From Gekko japonicus (taxonomy: Eukaryota): DNA of 61,494 nt. Position 1 is the first letter of the stretch. The number at the start of each line of letters is the position of its first letter. Positions 24,299 to 37,446 of this stretch are shown here, in pieces. The notes under the pieces were generated by a model. That model ran no database searches and had not been told where the DNA came from. It saw only the letters and a program-made list of their open reading frames with translations. Where the stretch lies: positions 1,017,259-1,078,752 of the forward strand of contig NW_015160224.1 in NCBI RefSeq assembly GCF_001447785.1, in the 5' to 3' direction. The translations under genes were made by a program, and so were the position numbers.

Positions 24299-25845
24299 GA
24301 CAAAGTCTGCGTGACCTTTTTTCTTTCCCCCCCCCCCCCCCTTTCTCTTGGAATCAATGTGGAAGTAAACCTTTTTGTAACAGAGGTTTCTAGATTTGCA
24401 ACATTTTGATGAAGACTTTTTGTTTTTGTTTTTTTGTGAAACACTAGTTGTTAGGATAATCTATACTGAACTTTTCTAAGAATCAGGAACAATTAGTAAT
24501 GTACTAAACTTCATGGACATGCTGGGTAGTTTGGGGGGGGGGGCTAATTTTATTCTCTCCCCCCACCCTTTGGCTTTTTTTGTTTCCAAATTTGTAAGGA
24601 AAAAGAAAAGAAAAAATAAAAGCAAGTCTCCGGGATTCTTTTTGGAGGGAAGCCCAGAGTGCAGCCGGCACCAAAACGTACCCCAGGGCTGTGACATTTC
24701 AACATTGTGGATTTCTGTGTGTGTGTCCCCCCACCCCCCCCCCTTGTGTTTTTAATTTTAAATCTTTTCTGTTGTAACAGAAAGAGGCTTGGAAGTCTTA
24801 GGTGGTATGTAACAAATTCTAAAAAAGATAAATTTTTAAAAAAACAGTATTTAAATATTCTTAAATATGTAAATTCATTAAATATTTTACTTCTAATTTC
24901 TTGTATCTTGGCTGTCTTTTTTGATTTTATTGCATTTTTTAAAAAAACTGAATTATGGTATGTATTGTAATTATGTGACTTTATCAAGGCAGCCTTGCTG
25001 TCTGACTGTCCGGCAGGTTATTGGGGGGGGGGGGGGAGAATTTTGTAGGGGTTGTATAATTTCTAGAGATCTAAAGGGTTAATATAAAAAAAACAATGTT
25101 TAATTTTTTAGCGATACTATTTTTTTCCATGTCTCCGTTGTTGGTTGCATTTGTGTATCTAAGACCTCCAAGCTTTGTCTTAAAAAATAGAAAAAAAACA
25201 AACAAAATACCTTTTTGTCTATTTCAGAAATAAATACTGTTATTTTTAATATTAAGAAGAAACTGCTATTAGTACCTTTAACAAACACTGTGGAACATTA
25301 AAACATATAAAATAGTAAGTAGCTATTTTTTAATTCCAGGGTGTGTGTTGGCTTCCCCCCCTCCCCCCATCATTTGTTTTCGTTTTCGTTTTTCTTTTTA
25401 AGTATTTTCTTATCTTAATATTTGTCAGAATTTACCTAGAGAAATAAAATGAAATCTAGTATTAACCACAGGTATGCGCTAAATAATTTTTTTGATTTAA
25501 TAAAAGGGATAATATGGTTTCCAATGTTTACTGTAGTGTTTTCTTGTACAGATAACAGTGTATTTTTAAAGGAGAAAAAAAAACCCCCAGAAGTAAAGCT
25601 ATTTTTCCTTGACATTTTTAATTGACCTCCGGGGACATTCCGTTTTGAAATGTACTGAAGTGACTGTTCTAAGACCCTTCCCCCCCGCCCTTTATTTCTT
25701 TATAATGCTTGAAATGTCTAACTATACAGAGACACAATTGGATAATGTTGAGCATGATGTGTTTTAAACAAAAAAAAATGTTCTTTTTATTTGACTGACA
25801 GTTGCATTTTACACTCTCTCTATAATAAAAAAATTCCACAAGATG
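24299..25845 (+). other. FUBP3: FUBP3 3'UTR
   Basis: Repeat-free AU/U-rich tract after the stop; composition shifts after the distal AATAAA. Confidence 0.75.
25824..25829 (+). terminator. Likely main polyadenylation signal
   Basis: AATAAA followed ~15-25 nt later by GU-rich TGTCTTGTGG; other AATAAA at 25229, 25443 and ~25499. Confidence 0.65.
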
Positions 25846-27677
25846 TCTTGTGGCTTAAGTATTACATCTGTTTGGTCCCTGCTCCTTTCCCTCTGAGACA
25901 GCCTGTAGAAGAAACGGCCCCTGCCGTGGCCATGGCCTGAGCTTCCCTGGTTTGTGGGTGCCTCCTTTGGACAGTCTAATTGGGGGAGGGAGACACAACT
26001 GGCTGGTGGCTTCCATTGCTCCCAGGCTGGCTTTCTTTGAACCCTGCTTTATGCGCCGTGTGAAAGTGCCATTTCTGTGTTGCTACAAAAAGTGTCTGTG
26101 TGTCTCCAAAGTAAGGTGCCATGAGAATTAAGTGGCACTCCCAGGCCAGAAGATCACCCAGGGAAAGGAAGCGTCCGTTAGGAGGACTGGTGCAACGGCT
26201 TCTCTGGTGGCATGCTCTGCCGCTTGGTTTTTGAGTTGTGGGCGCGGTTATATCCCAGTTTCTCACGGTCCTTCCCACTCTTATCCCCCATGCTCCTTAG
26301 AAGAATATTTTTGCCTCCACCAGCACCTGGTAGTGTAGTCCTTTGGGAAGAAATTGGGTTTCCTCTTGCCCATCAAATCACCCTCCCCAATCTTTGCCTT
26401 GGACTCAACAAAGCCAGCAAATCTCTTCCTTACCGTGTTTCCCGTCTTCTCCCACACACACAGAAACTTTTTCGCTAGTTGCTCCCAACCTGGATTGGGC
26501 CATACTCTGTGATAATGGTGCCTTCTACAACCTTCGTTTCCTTTCCCACCCCACCCCAGCCACCTCCCCCTGTTTACACCCCCTCCCCCAATGCCCTGGC
26601 ATCTGCTCAATTAAAAAAAAGGACGACCCCATCTGCAAAAGTGGTGACTTGAAGGCCCGTTGAAAGCCGGAAGAAAAAGGGGGGATATGACATCTCTTAA
26701 ATACACCTCCAGAGAATCAAGACAGGCACACGCATGAAAGATGGGACGGTAAAAGCCACTCGGGCAGAGGAGTGGAGGGGGGGGGAAATGGAAGGGGGGG
26801 AGAGGAGGTATAAATGCTGATGGTGGGGATGGGAATTAGAGAGAGGGCATTACTGAGAAGACTTCCTACTAATTCATCTCCCGAGCTCGGTGCCAAAAGA
26901 GCATTTGGCATGGGGTCTCTGGGAGCAATTGTGTGATGATGAACCCTAAGGTGTCCCTTAATTGAAGAGAGAGTATTGCTGCCCATCAGACCGAGAGCCA
27001 TAAATGGTGAGGGAGGAAAGATGAGAGAGGATGCATTTTCTTAAATGTATCTGTAAGTACAGATGAGTGTCTCCCTAGTGAAATGTCCAGAATATGAATT
27101 ATGTAGCTTCAACTCTGATGCAACCTTCATTTGTTTGTTTGTTTTTAATATCGAGTGGGCGGGGCATCCAGGTTCGCAAAAGGCCCTTGGAACTGGGCCA
27201 GCCATTAAGGCATATGGCGCCTGGTGAAAGCTGGGTTTTTCATCAGCTGTCTGGTGTCAGGGAAGAAGTCTTAAGTGCTTGAAAAGTTACCAAATCCAGC
27301 AATCGATTTTCTACCCCCCCCCCCCCGCCTTCTCTTCCCCTCACCCCCTCTTGCATTAGACCTGCAGAATATTCAGTGAAAAGAATGGGGAGTCCAAAAG
27401 CAATCTGATAGGTCTCTTCTGCAGTACTGTATCTTTCCATCTTGCGCTGGCTCTTTGGATCACAGCCAGATACGTAGAACAAGGCTTTGCCATTACCAGA
27501 ATTGCTGTTGACTCACACTTGCAATCTGTGGTACGCTCTATCCAGTTTGCTGGAAGTTAACTATATTTAGCCCTCTACCTCCGTCTTTCTGTTTGACATC
27601 TCCAGTCAGTCCAACTCCTCCTCCCGTATTAAGAAAAGAAATTGTCCCTGCACGTGAAACCAAAACTCCCATCGAGG

Positions 27678-27935
27678 CATAAGAGCAAGCCTGCTGGATC
27701 AGACCAGTGCTCCATCTAGTCCAGCACACAGTTTCACAGAGTGGCCAACTGGTTGCCATAGTGGGCTGAACAGATAGCAGAGAGGCCAAGGCCCTCCCAT
27801 GCTACTTGGCAAGTACAAGCTCGGGTGTCCTTGGGAAGCTCAGAACCAGAGCATGGAAGTGGCAGCGGCATCGGGTGTTGAGAGTTGTAATGCCTCTAGA
27901 TATGGAGGCCCTGCTAGCTTTTGTGGCTAATAGTC
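27678..27935 (-). mobile_element. CR1 3' fragment
   Basis: CATAAGAGCAAGCCTGCTGGATCAGACCAGT...CCATCTAGTCCAGC. Confidence 0.6.
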
Positions 27936-29619
27936 GTAGACTTGGTTACTATGAGTTTGAATTAATTGGGTCCTTCACCATAACTGTGTGCTGGCCAATG
28001 GCTAATGCCGTGAATTCCGCCTGTCTAGCGTCGTAGGGATATTCCATGGTTTGAATCGTCTATATACTAATAATGATGTGTGGCCCCCATCTGCGGATAC
28101 CTAAATCTGTGGATAGGTGCCCCACTGACACGAAACAGAAAAATCTGAATTAAAAAAAAGTATACAGGGGGTTTAAATCCTCCCCCAAATATAATTGTAT
28201 TGTCTGCACATGTCGGCAGCTGGGCTCAGAGATGGGGGAGATATGGGATTTCCCCCCCATTGCAGCCCCCCCCCCCCCCCCCCCCGCCTTGGGCAGATCT
28301 ATTCCACTGACAGAAGTTACTGCCTCCAGTGTCAGAGGGAAGGTTCCTTCTGCCAGAAGAAATCTGGTCTGCTAGCAGTATGGGTCTGGGGGATCTAACT
28401 CACATTTCTTGATGTAAAGCTAAGAGATCATACATCACTCTTGTTTTTATCATCTGATTGTGCGCGCATAACAAACTGCAGTGCAAGCATTGCAAAGGTT
28501 GAAGTTCTGAGCGATTAAGATTCTAGTACAGTACTTCAGGGTATACAATTCACGGGTTTGGCTGAGGATTCCTAGATGCATGGACGTGTGTGATTCACTC
28601 TGGGGCATGTGCTCCTTCAGTGCTCAGTGCTGCTCTATATGGATCAGGTGTTCCGTGACAGCATTTTGCAGCTCTTGCTGGAAAGCCTTAAGATGAGAAC
28701 GGCCCCGCGCTGGACCAACTGGGTGCCAGGGTCTTCTTCTGGATACCTCCCCCCCAGCACAGCTGCTTTGTTGTCTGCTTACCCGTTTTCAGCCAAGCAG
28801 CGTGCATCCACTGAGTTTGTGCAGAGAGAAGAGGAGCAGCAGACCTGATGCTGGCAGTTGGCAGCAGGGAGGACGGGGCTGGGCCCGGACTCGGGAAGGG
28901 TGCCTGGCTGCTGGCTGGAGCTCCCCTCTCCTAGGTGCCATCTGTCATCGGAAGTCTTACCCACTCGTGATTTCCCCAGCCTTGTGTCCGTGGGTGCCGT
29001 GGCACCCGCCAGCACCTGTCCTGGGGCCCACTAGGTGTTTTTAGAAAGTGGGTGGAGCTTTTGCCTAGTAAGTGTTTTAATTGGCTATTGGAGATTGGAT
29101 TAACTGTGCAGTGTTGTTTTTTTAAATGTTGCTCAGGCAGCAGCTGCCATCACAGCCCAGGGACCTTCATTGTGGGGCTCTGCTGCAGCAGCCACTGCAG
29201 GGCGGGCTCTGCTTCGTGGAGAAGTCATTTGGGGGCTGCACCTGCCACACTCTCTCGGAATTCCAAAGGTGCCCACAGGCTCAGAAAGGTTGGGGGCCTG
29301 GTCTACCTTGTGAGGTGTGTGGGTGATGGACGGCCAGCCCTGTTAGACTCTGCCTTTCCATCCGATCGTAAGGGGTCCTCTGCTCTTGTGGAACCTCTGT
29401 ACAGAACTGGGGAAAAGGTGCTGGAGGTGTTTTTGTTGCTCTTCTTTGCAACAAGTCCCTACGTGGCTCAGAATAAAGTACAGGGCAATACATAGGGAGG
29501 TGGGGGGGGGGAGGATTTCCTGTTACTGTCCCGTCAGGCTAGAGAGGAGGAGAGGTGTGCCGTTGGGTCTCCAGGGCCTAACCTGCTTAGCAGTAAATCT
29601 ATTTGAGCAAAGTACTGTT

Positions 29620-29870
29620 TAAGAACGGAAGAGAAGCCAGTGTTGGATCAGGCCAATGGCCCATCCGGTCCAACATTCTGTCACACAGTGGCCAAAAATA
29701 CCAGGGGCCTCCAGGAGGTCCAGCAGTGGGGCCAGGACACTAGAAGCCCCTCCCACTGTTGCCCCCCCCCCAGGCACCAAGAATACACAGCATCCCTTGC
29801 CCCAGACCGAGAGTTCCTATCTATACCTTGTGGCTAATAGCCGCCGATGGACCTCTGCTCCATATGTTGA
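29620..29870 (-). mobile_element. CR1 3' fragment
   Basis: Closely matches the CR1 3' end at 31421-31610. Confidence 0.75.
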
Positions 29871-29874
29871 TCCA

Positions 29875-30140
29875 ATTGGATTTATACCCCACCCTTCACT
29901 ACTCAAAGGTGTCTCAGAGCGGCTTACGAACTCCTTTCCCTTCCCCTCCCCACAACAGACACCCTGGGAGGGAGGTGGGGCTGAGAGAGCTCTGACAGAA
30001 ACGGCTCTTTTCCAAGAACACCTCTGCCAGAACCATGGCTTGCCCAAGGTCATCCAGCCAGGTGCAAGTGGAGAAGTGGGGAATCAAACCTGGTTCTCCC
30101 ATATTAGAGTCCGTGCACTTAACCACGACACCAGGCTAGC
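29875..30140 (-). mobile_element. Squam3/CORE-like SINE
   Basis: Near-identical to 7260-7549. Confidence 0.8.
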
Positions 30141-30145
30141 CTGAT

Positions 30146-30300
30146 CTGCAGGGTCAACCCTGCTTAGTATTTCAGTGGGAGACTGCCAAGCATCACGATG
30201 CAGAGACAGGCAGTGGGCGAACCACCTGTAATGAATCACTTGCCTTGAAAACCCTACAGTGTTGCCAGAAATCAGCTGCAGCTTGATGGCATTTTACCCA
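30146..30300 (+). mobile_element. 5S-rRNA-derived SINE fragment with RTE-type tail
   Basis: GCAGGGTCAACCCTGCTTAGTATTTCAGTGGGAGACTGCC resembles the 5S C-box region; tail CTTGCCTTGAAAACCCTAC...CAGCTTGATGGCA. Confidence 0.45.
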
Positions 30301-31199
30301 GACATGCATTGTATAAAAGGGATCAGCTGTGCATTTTATGGCCTTCTAAGGGAGCCTCAGGAAGCCAAGGCCAAGAAGAGATGGGGTGGGATTGGGCAGC
30401 AGTGGAGATGATCTTCAGCAGTGGGTCCTCCCTTCACCTCTCCATGAATTCTTGGGTGCAGATGTGCGTGAGCACGTGCACACACCCTATTCTGACAGAA
30501 AAAGGGAATTGCAAAAAAACCCCACACCCCATGCCTAACACCTAAAAGTCTTTATAGATCAGTAATCCCTACAGGCCGGGCTACTCTTTGCATGAACAAC
30601 AGCTCCGTGTGCCCTTGCTTCTCATCTACGCAGTGCCCCAAACACTGTTTCGTGCACAAACAAGGCAAGACTGTCTTACCTTTGGAGAAAGATGATTCCT
30701 TTGCATTAAGTCAGAAAATCAGTGTAGCTCAACAAACAGAAGACTGGGGTGGGGAGCACCGTTTACAGGCTACAGTAGCAGACAGGTTTAAAGAGGCCAG
30801 CCTAGCAAACCCAAAGCAACTCAAAACCAGTGCCTGATGCCCACTCGCCAGAGCCATCTTGGGGAAGGCCCTGCTGCCTGCCACTCTGAGCCAAAACATC
30901 ACATGGAATTGGAATCAAATCACGCGACTTGTCATTCTCATGAATAGCCTAATAAGTTCCCACCAATACATACGATATACATTTGTCGCACATTGCCTGC
31001 GATTGTATATCCTATCCTTCCCATCAGAATCCTGGTTAAATCAGTTCTCAACACCATTCACTTCGAAGAAAGTTTAGTTTATTGAGACGCTGATAGATAC
31101 CCAAGGTACTTGGTGTACCATACTTCCCCCCCACACACACACAATGTTATCCTCACAGCAAGTTTGTGAGGTACGTTTGTCTGAGAGTGAATAACTGGC

Positions 31200-31410
31200 C
31201 CAGGGTCCCACTTCCCTTTTCCCTTGCGACAGGGACCCAGAGTGACTTACATCATTCTCCACTCCTCCATTTTAGCATCACAACAACCCTGTAAGGTAGG
31301 TTAGGCTGAGAGTGCGTAACTGGCCCAAGGTCACCCAGCCAGCTGCCATGGCAGAGTAGAGATTCCAACTTGGGTCTCTCGCAGATCCACGTCAGCACAC
31401 TCTCACCATG
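31200..31410 (-). mobile_element. Old CORE/MIR-like SINE
   Basis: CACAACAACCCTGTAAGGTAGGTTAGGCTGAGAG...GGCCCAAGGTCACCCAGC. Confidence 0.65.
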
Positions 31411-31420
31411 ATGTATATCT

Positions 31421-33280
31421 TTAAGAACATAAGAGATGCCAATGTTGGATCTGGCCAAAGGCCCATCCAGTCCAACACTCTGTTACACAGTGGCCAAAAA
31501 TACCAGGTGCCATCAGGAGGTCCACCAGTGGGACCAGGACATTAGAAGCCCTCCCACTGTTGACCCCCCCAAGCACCAAGAAGACAGAGCATCACTTGCC
31601 CCAGAGCCCCAGAGCTAATAGCCACAGTGAATTCCATGTGTTAATCACTCTTTGGGTGAAGAAGGACTTCCTTTTATCTGTTCCAACCTGACTGCTCAGC
31701 AATTTCATGGAGTGCCCACGAGTTCTTGTCTTGTGAGAAACGGAGAAAAGTACCTCTTTCTCAACCTGCTCTATCCCATGCATAATCTTATAAACCTCGA
31801 TCATGTCACCCCTCAGTCGTCGTTTCTCCAAGCTAAAGAGCCCTAAGCGCTTTAACCTTTCCTCATAGGGAAAGGGTTCCAACCCTTTTATCATTCCAAC
31901 CCTTTTCTGCACTTTTTCCAAAGCTATACTATCCTTTTTAAGGTGTGGTGACCAGAACTGCACACAGTATTCCAAATGAGGTTGCACCATTGATTTATAT
32001 AGGGGCATTATGATATTGGCTGATCTGTTTTCAATACCCTTCCTAATAATCCCCAGCATAGCATTGGCCTTCTTTATTGCAGTCACATACTGTCTTGACA
32101 TTTTCAGTGAGTTATCTACTACTACTCCAAGATCTCTCTCTTGTCCAGTCTCTGCCAGTTCAGACCCCATCAACGTGTATTTATATTTAGGGTTTTTGGC
32201 TCCAATGTGCATCACCTTGCACTTNNNNNNNNNNNNNNNNNNNNNNNNNNNNNNNNNNNNNNNNNNNNNNNNNNNNNNNNNNNNNNNNNNNNNNNNNNNN
32301 NNNNNNNNNNNNNNNNNNNNNNNNNNNNNNNNNNNNNNNNNNNNNNNNNNNNNNNNNNNNNNNNNNNNNNNNNNNNNNNNNNNNNNNNNNNNNNNNNNNN
32401 NNNNNNNNNNNNNNNNNNNNNNNNNNNNNNNNNNNNNNNNNNNNNNNNNNNNNNNNNNNNNNNNNNNNNNNNNNNNNNNNNNNNNNNNNNNNNNNNNNNN
32501 NNNNNNNNNNNNNNNNNNNNNNNNNNNNNNNNNNNNNNNNNNNNNNNNNNNNNNNNNNNNNNNNNNNNNNNNNNNNNNNNNNNNNNNNNNNNNNNNNNNN
32601 NNNNNNNNNNNNNNNNNNNNNNNNNNNNNNNNNNNNNNNNNNNNNNNNNNNNNNNNNNNNNNNNNNNNNNNNNNNNNNNNNNNNNNNNNNNNNNNNNNNN
32701 NNNNNNNNNNNNNNNNNNNNNNNNNNNNNNNNNNNNNNNNNNNNNNNNNNNNNNNNNNNNNNNNNNNNNNNTTGCCAAGCCCGGACTGTTTAAAAAGGAG
32801 CCTGTTGCTCTGTTGTTTGTCTCCTTCTGGTTCTTCTGACTTTGTGTTCAATAAAGCTGTTATCACTGTTCACCTGCTGCCTCGAGTCTCGTATCTAACA
32901 GTTTTGTTCATCTATGTTCCTACTAATTCTTTCCTTAATAATGGTTTCCACCAATTTACCCGGTATCGATGTCAGACTGACTGGCCTGTAATTTCCCGGA
33001 TCTCCTCTGGAACCCTTTTTAAAGATGGGAGTGACATTTGCTACCTTCCAGTCCTCAGGAATGGAGGCAGATTTTAAGGAAAGATTACGTATTTTTGTCA
33101 GGAGATCCACAAGTTCACATTTGAGTTCTTTCAGAACTCTCGGATGTATGCCATCTGGGCCTGGTGATTTATCAGTTTTTAAGTTGTCTAACAGTTTTAG
33201 GACCTCCTCTCTCGTCACCTCAATCTGACTCAGGTCTTTCAACACCCCTCCCGAACTCAGCAGTTCTGGAGTGGGCAAGC
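31421..33280 (-). mobile_element. CR1 LINE, 5'-truncated, with ORF2/RT remnants
   Basis: DKSPGPDGIHPRVLKEL...DWKVANVTPIFKKG...NYRPVSLTS and KCKVMHIG...LEYCVQFWSP...EKRRLRGDMIEVYKIM; TAAGAACATAAG 3' end; spans an N gap. Confidence 0.93.
32772..32900 (+). mobile_element. 3' part of an LTR inserted in the CR1
   Basis: TTTAAAA box, AATAAA and terminal ...CTAACA; CR1 coding sequence resumes at 32901. Confidence 0.55.
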
Positions 33281-33690
33281 TGCCCGCTTTGACCTAAAGA
33301 AAGTCTTTGACCTAAAGAAAGTGTCAGTGTTGTGCTGTGATTAGAGGCTGGATTTGGAAGATGGCACGGTAAGGTAGGGGAGTATTACTGCTGACAGGAG
33401 GAAGAGGGAGAATGGCATGCCTAAGGCCACCAAGTGAATCAGTGGCAGAGGCTGGCTCCTTCTTCGTAGCTCTTAGCCCCTTGGGTGCATCAGCATCCAG
33501 GCCCCGAGACTGCTTCGTTGCATTTGAAACCATCAGTCACTGTGTCACTTGCTGCAATTTTTTTACTAACTCTACATACAGAACACACTGTCTCATTCTG
33601 GGGATTCCAGCAGCCCAAAGCCACCCGTGCCAGCCAAAAGATGTGCCCGACCATTCTATCCTCTGCTGCAGAAGGTCTATCAGTGGGCCT

Positions 33691-33693
<3 letters not shown>

Positions 33694-33730
<37 letters not shown>
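33694..33730. repeat. (CT)n microsatellite
   Basis: Direct reading. Confidence 0.95.
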
Positions 33731-33736
<6 letters not shown>

Positions 33737-33779
33737 TTCTCTCACTCTCCAACTCTCATACTGCGTGAGGGGAAGGGGG

Positions 33780-33985
33780 AACCAGTGTGGTGCAGTGATT
33801 AAGAGTGTCAGACTAGTATCTGGAAGACCCAGGTTCGAATCCCCACTTGTGCCGTAGAAGCTCACTGGGTAACCCCGTCAACCTCATCTACCTCACAGGG
33901 TTGTTGTGAGTATAAAATGGAGGAGAGGGGGACAACCTAAGTCACTTTCAGTCCCCATTGTGAGAAAGGCAGAATATAAATTAAT
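33780..33985 (+). mobile_element. CORE/MIR-like SINE
   Basis: GTGGTGCAGTGATTAAGAG A box; GGTTCGAATCCC B box; CORE segment. Confidence 0.75.
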
Positions 33986-35419
33986 TTTTAACAATTTTTC
34001 CCAATATCATAAAATAGTATTAATTCTAAAACAACACTCAAGGAAAGACTGCTGGGTTTTAGAGGTCACCAGCTTTCCCCTCTCCAGGCACACACACATT
34101 TTTTTCTGTGTCTTTGCATAACATCGGTGTTGTTTTGCCCTCTCTGCTTATGTAGATTTTCCATTCTCAAATTGGGTACATTTGGTAATTCTTGCCACTT
34201 TCAGGAAGTACTCCGATTGTTGAGACTTGCATATTCTTTGCATCTTTCATGGCAAAATTCACTGTTCCTTTTGTTCTCTTTTCTTTAATAGATTTTCTTT
34301 TTACTCTAGCAAAAATGGTTGAAATGCCTGTCATTGTAATGTGCGACTCCGCTCCGTTATCGGCCAAGTCTATTAATGTAAATTGTCTTGTCTAATTAAA
34401 GGTTTGTACCACTATCTTGTTGTCTTATTTTTATTTATGTTATTTCTTTTTATCCTAAGGCTCAGAGAAAGGGGACAGGATAAAATCCAAAGCTCTGGCA
34501 GCAATCGAGAATTTAGATCTGCTGTTGGTTCATGAGTGAATTTTTAAGTGTCTGAGTTGTGGTTAAGTCTGGGGCAATTGCCAGTCATTTTTCTTAGGAG
34601 GGGCTATCATATCATTGGGGGGGGGGCCCTTCAAAGAAGTGAATGGCGAATTCATGATTTCTTAAACTAGCATTGCCAGCGGGCTAGTTTTTGACTGGCA
34701 AGGTCAGATTTTGCCCTCTCTGGCTGTTTGCTGCATTTCTTGTTTATCTAATAATGGAAGGTCTAGGAGAGATGCTGGGTTTTGACTGTTGCATGCCTTC
34801 AGGAATTTGCTGCACTGTAGCTTTAAGAACTTCATGGACGAACTGTGCAGGAGAGTTTTACTCTCATTTTCAGTGAAGGCTTCTTGTGTCTCAAAAGTAA
34901 GCTTCTCTTTCTCTCCTGATAGCTCCTCAACCAGGAAGGGGTGGGGGGAAGACAAAGAGTGCTCAGCACCACTATTTTGCCCCAGGGTTGTGCTGTCTGG
35001 CAGGCAGTCTTGCCAACCTCCAGGTGGGAACTGGAGATCTCCTGGAATTCCAACTCATCGACTACAGAGTTCCCCTGGAGGAAATGGCAGCTTCAGAGAG
35101 CAGGATCTACGGCAGCATATCCCTGCTGAGCAATCTTCCCTTCCCAGACTCTGCTCTCCCGAATCCTCAATCTCCAGGAGGACTCTCCCAGGCCAGAGGC
35201 AACCCTAGCAGAAGCTATACCTGTTTGTGAACGAGCACTTTCACGGGTTTTGAGCTCCCTGTGCTATGGGTTCACCTGCTCTATACTGTGACTTTGTTTC
35301 TGGAAAGATCAGTGGCTTTCCCTGGCTTTTGATACGCTGCTCTACTCAGTTTCTTGAGTTCTGCCCTGAACGACTTTGGAGTTCTGTACTATAGATTCAT
35401 TGATTATCTTTTCAACTAG

Positions 35420-35718
35420 AGCCTGATACCGATTTCCCACAAGCAGCTGCGCCGGCCTCGCTCTTCCCTTCCCCCGATTTTAAGCGTCAGTTTCCCACTA
35501 CTTGCTGCTCGGCTGCATTTTTGACCCGCAGCTTTACCCGATTTCCCCCGCATCCTTTTGATCCTCAAAAAACAGGATTGAGAAGATACGGGGGAATCTG
35601 GCGAAGCTGCGGGTCAAAATATGGGCACACAGCAAGTAGTGAGAAATTGATGTTTAAAATCGGGGGATAGGGGCGAGCGAGAGCGGAGCAGCGGCTTGTG
35701 GGAAATCGGTATCAGGCT
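35420..35718. mobile_element. Fully palindromic MITE (PIF/Harbinger-like)
   Basis: AGCCTGATACCGATTTCCCACAAG / CTTGTGGGAAATCGGTATCAGGCT, with internal inverted blocks. Confidence 0.7.
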
Positions 35719-35750
35719 GCCCCCCAATCCCTTCCTGCCGGCCCCCTCAC

Positions 35751-35963
35751 CGATGCCCCCTCTCAGCCATGGAGTCCTGTGAGCCAAAATTCTACTTTGT
35801 GAGCTCCTGGCATTAAAGTTCTGAGCAAGCGATTTGGCTGCTGCTGCTGCATAAATTAGTTTGCTCTGGAGCCATCCTTCCTGAGCTAGGACAAAAATGT
35901 GTGAGCCAGAGGCTTAAAAAACTCTGAGCTAGCTCACACTAACTCAGCTTAGAGGGAACACTG
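35751..35963. mobile_element. hAT-type MITE, family A
   Basis: Family body; TSD cccctcac/ctcctcac. Confidence 0.8.
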
Positions 35964-37446
35964 CTCCTCACTCAGTTTACCAGGGGGTGGCATTACTGGC
36001 TGCCAGCTGAGCCAATCTCTGTTTTGCCTTAATTCAGTGCTGCAAGCAAGTCCTGCCCTACAAAGACAAAGCACTTTTTTCTTCCTCTTTAACCCAGGCT
36101 GATTTATACCAGAATGATAGTTTGTTGGGGAGGGTGCTGTTCGTCTGTGCTCATGATCATAGTAGCTAATAGCAGCACCAGAGAAATGCCCTACGCCCTA
36201 GAATTCACCTCAATAGTTCAGCCATTGGGGCTACACTTTGTTCATGAGTAGGAAACTGGCTGTAAACTCATCACTGGCAAAAAGGATGGTGGATAGGGAA
36301 ATAAGCCTTCAAGCACCAAGCAAAGGGTGCTTTAATGCTTACAGATGTTAATGGCTCTAGCCAAAGTTGAACAATACGTTTACCATCTCACACTTTTTTA
36401 GAATGTCACACTCAAGGGACAGAGACTTGGACAGTCAACTAGCTAGAGAATGAAATCTCTTCCTCTTGTAGCAGGAAGATCAGAATTACAGCAGAGCAGG
36501 GCACAGGCTCCCAAGGGGATATTAATAAATAACTGTGAATTTGTTAGGTTCCTCAGTCAATTCACTCTCCACACACACTATATGTTGTGGGTTCCAGATC
36601 CTTTGTTAGGACTGGGGGGAAACACGGGAACATACAAGTTATAGGTAAAACCAGGGGTCATTTCCTGCAGGGGCGCACAGGAGCGGAGCTCCAGCAGTAA
36701 AGAGCCCAGGGGGCGGGCACATGCAACAAGCCCCACCCCCTGCTCCCAGCTGCCCTCAGTCAGAGCAAGAAGCAGCCAGGTAAGTTGCAGAGCCCCCCCC
36801 CCGGGCCCCCAGTCCAAAACAGTCCAGTGGCACCTTTAAGACCAAGTTTTATTCAGGTACAAGCTCTCCCTCCTCTGCGAGGACAGATCTGCACGTCCCC
36901 CCCCCCAATAGCTAGCAATCCAAAACAGTCCAGTGGAGCCTGAGCGGTGGGTGTTGCCTTCTGACACACTTCCGGTGATGTCAGGGGGTGTGGCATATGC
37001 AAATGAGTTAAGCTAATGAATTATGCTAATGAGCTCCTGCACCTCTTTTTCTACGAAANNNNNNNNNNNNNNNNNNNNNNNNNNNNNNNNNNNNNNNNNN
37101 NNNNNNNNNNNNNNNNNNNNNNNNNNNNNNNNNNNNNNNNNNNNNNNNNNNNNNNNNNNNNNNNNNNNNNNNNNNNNNNNNNNNNNNNNNNNNNNGTAGA
37201 GGGTGAGAGGACAGCTCTGCTTGATGCTTTTGAACAGACCATGTGTGCTCCTTTTTTATTTCCTATTCAATTTTCCTATATTTCTAATAAGTCTGATCTC
37301 TGTAAACACACTGTGCTTATTCGGCCTTGCTATCTGAAATGCAGGGATGGGGAGGAGATGCGTGCTGCATTGTGCTCAAGGGTTGGGGAAGGTGTGATAG
37401 ATCATCCAGCACCAGCTCCTAGAAGTGAAGTGGGAGATGCAGCAAC

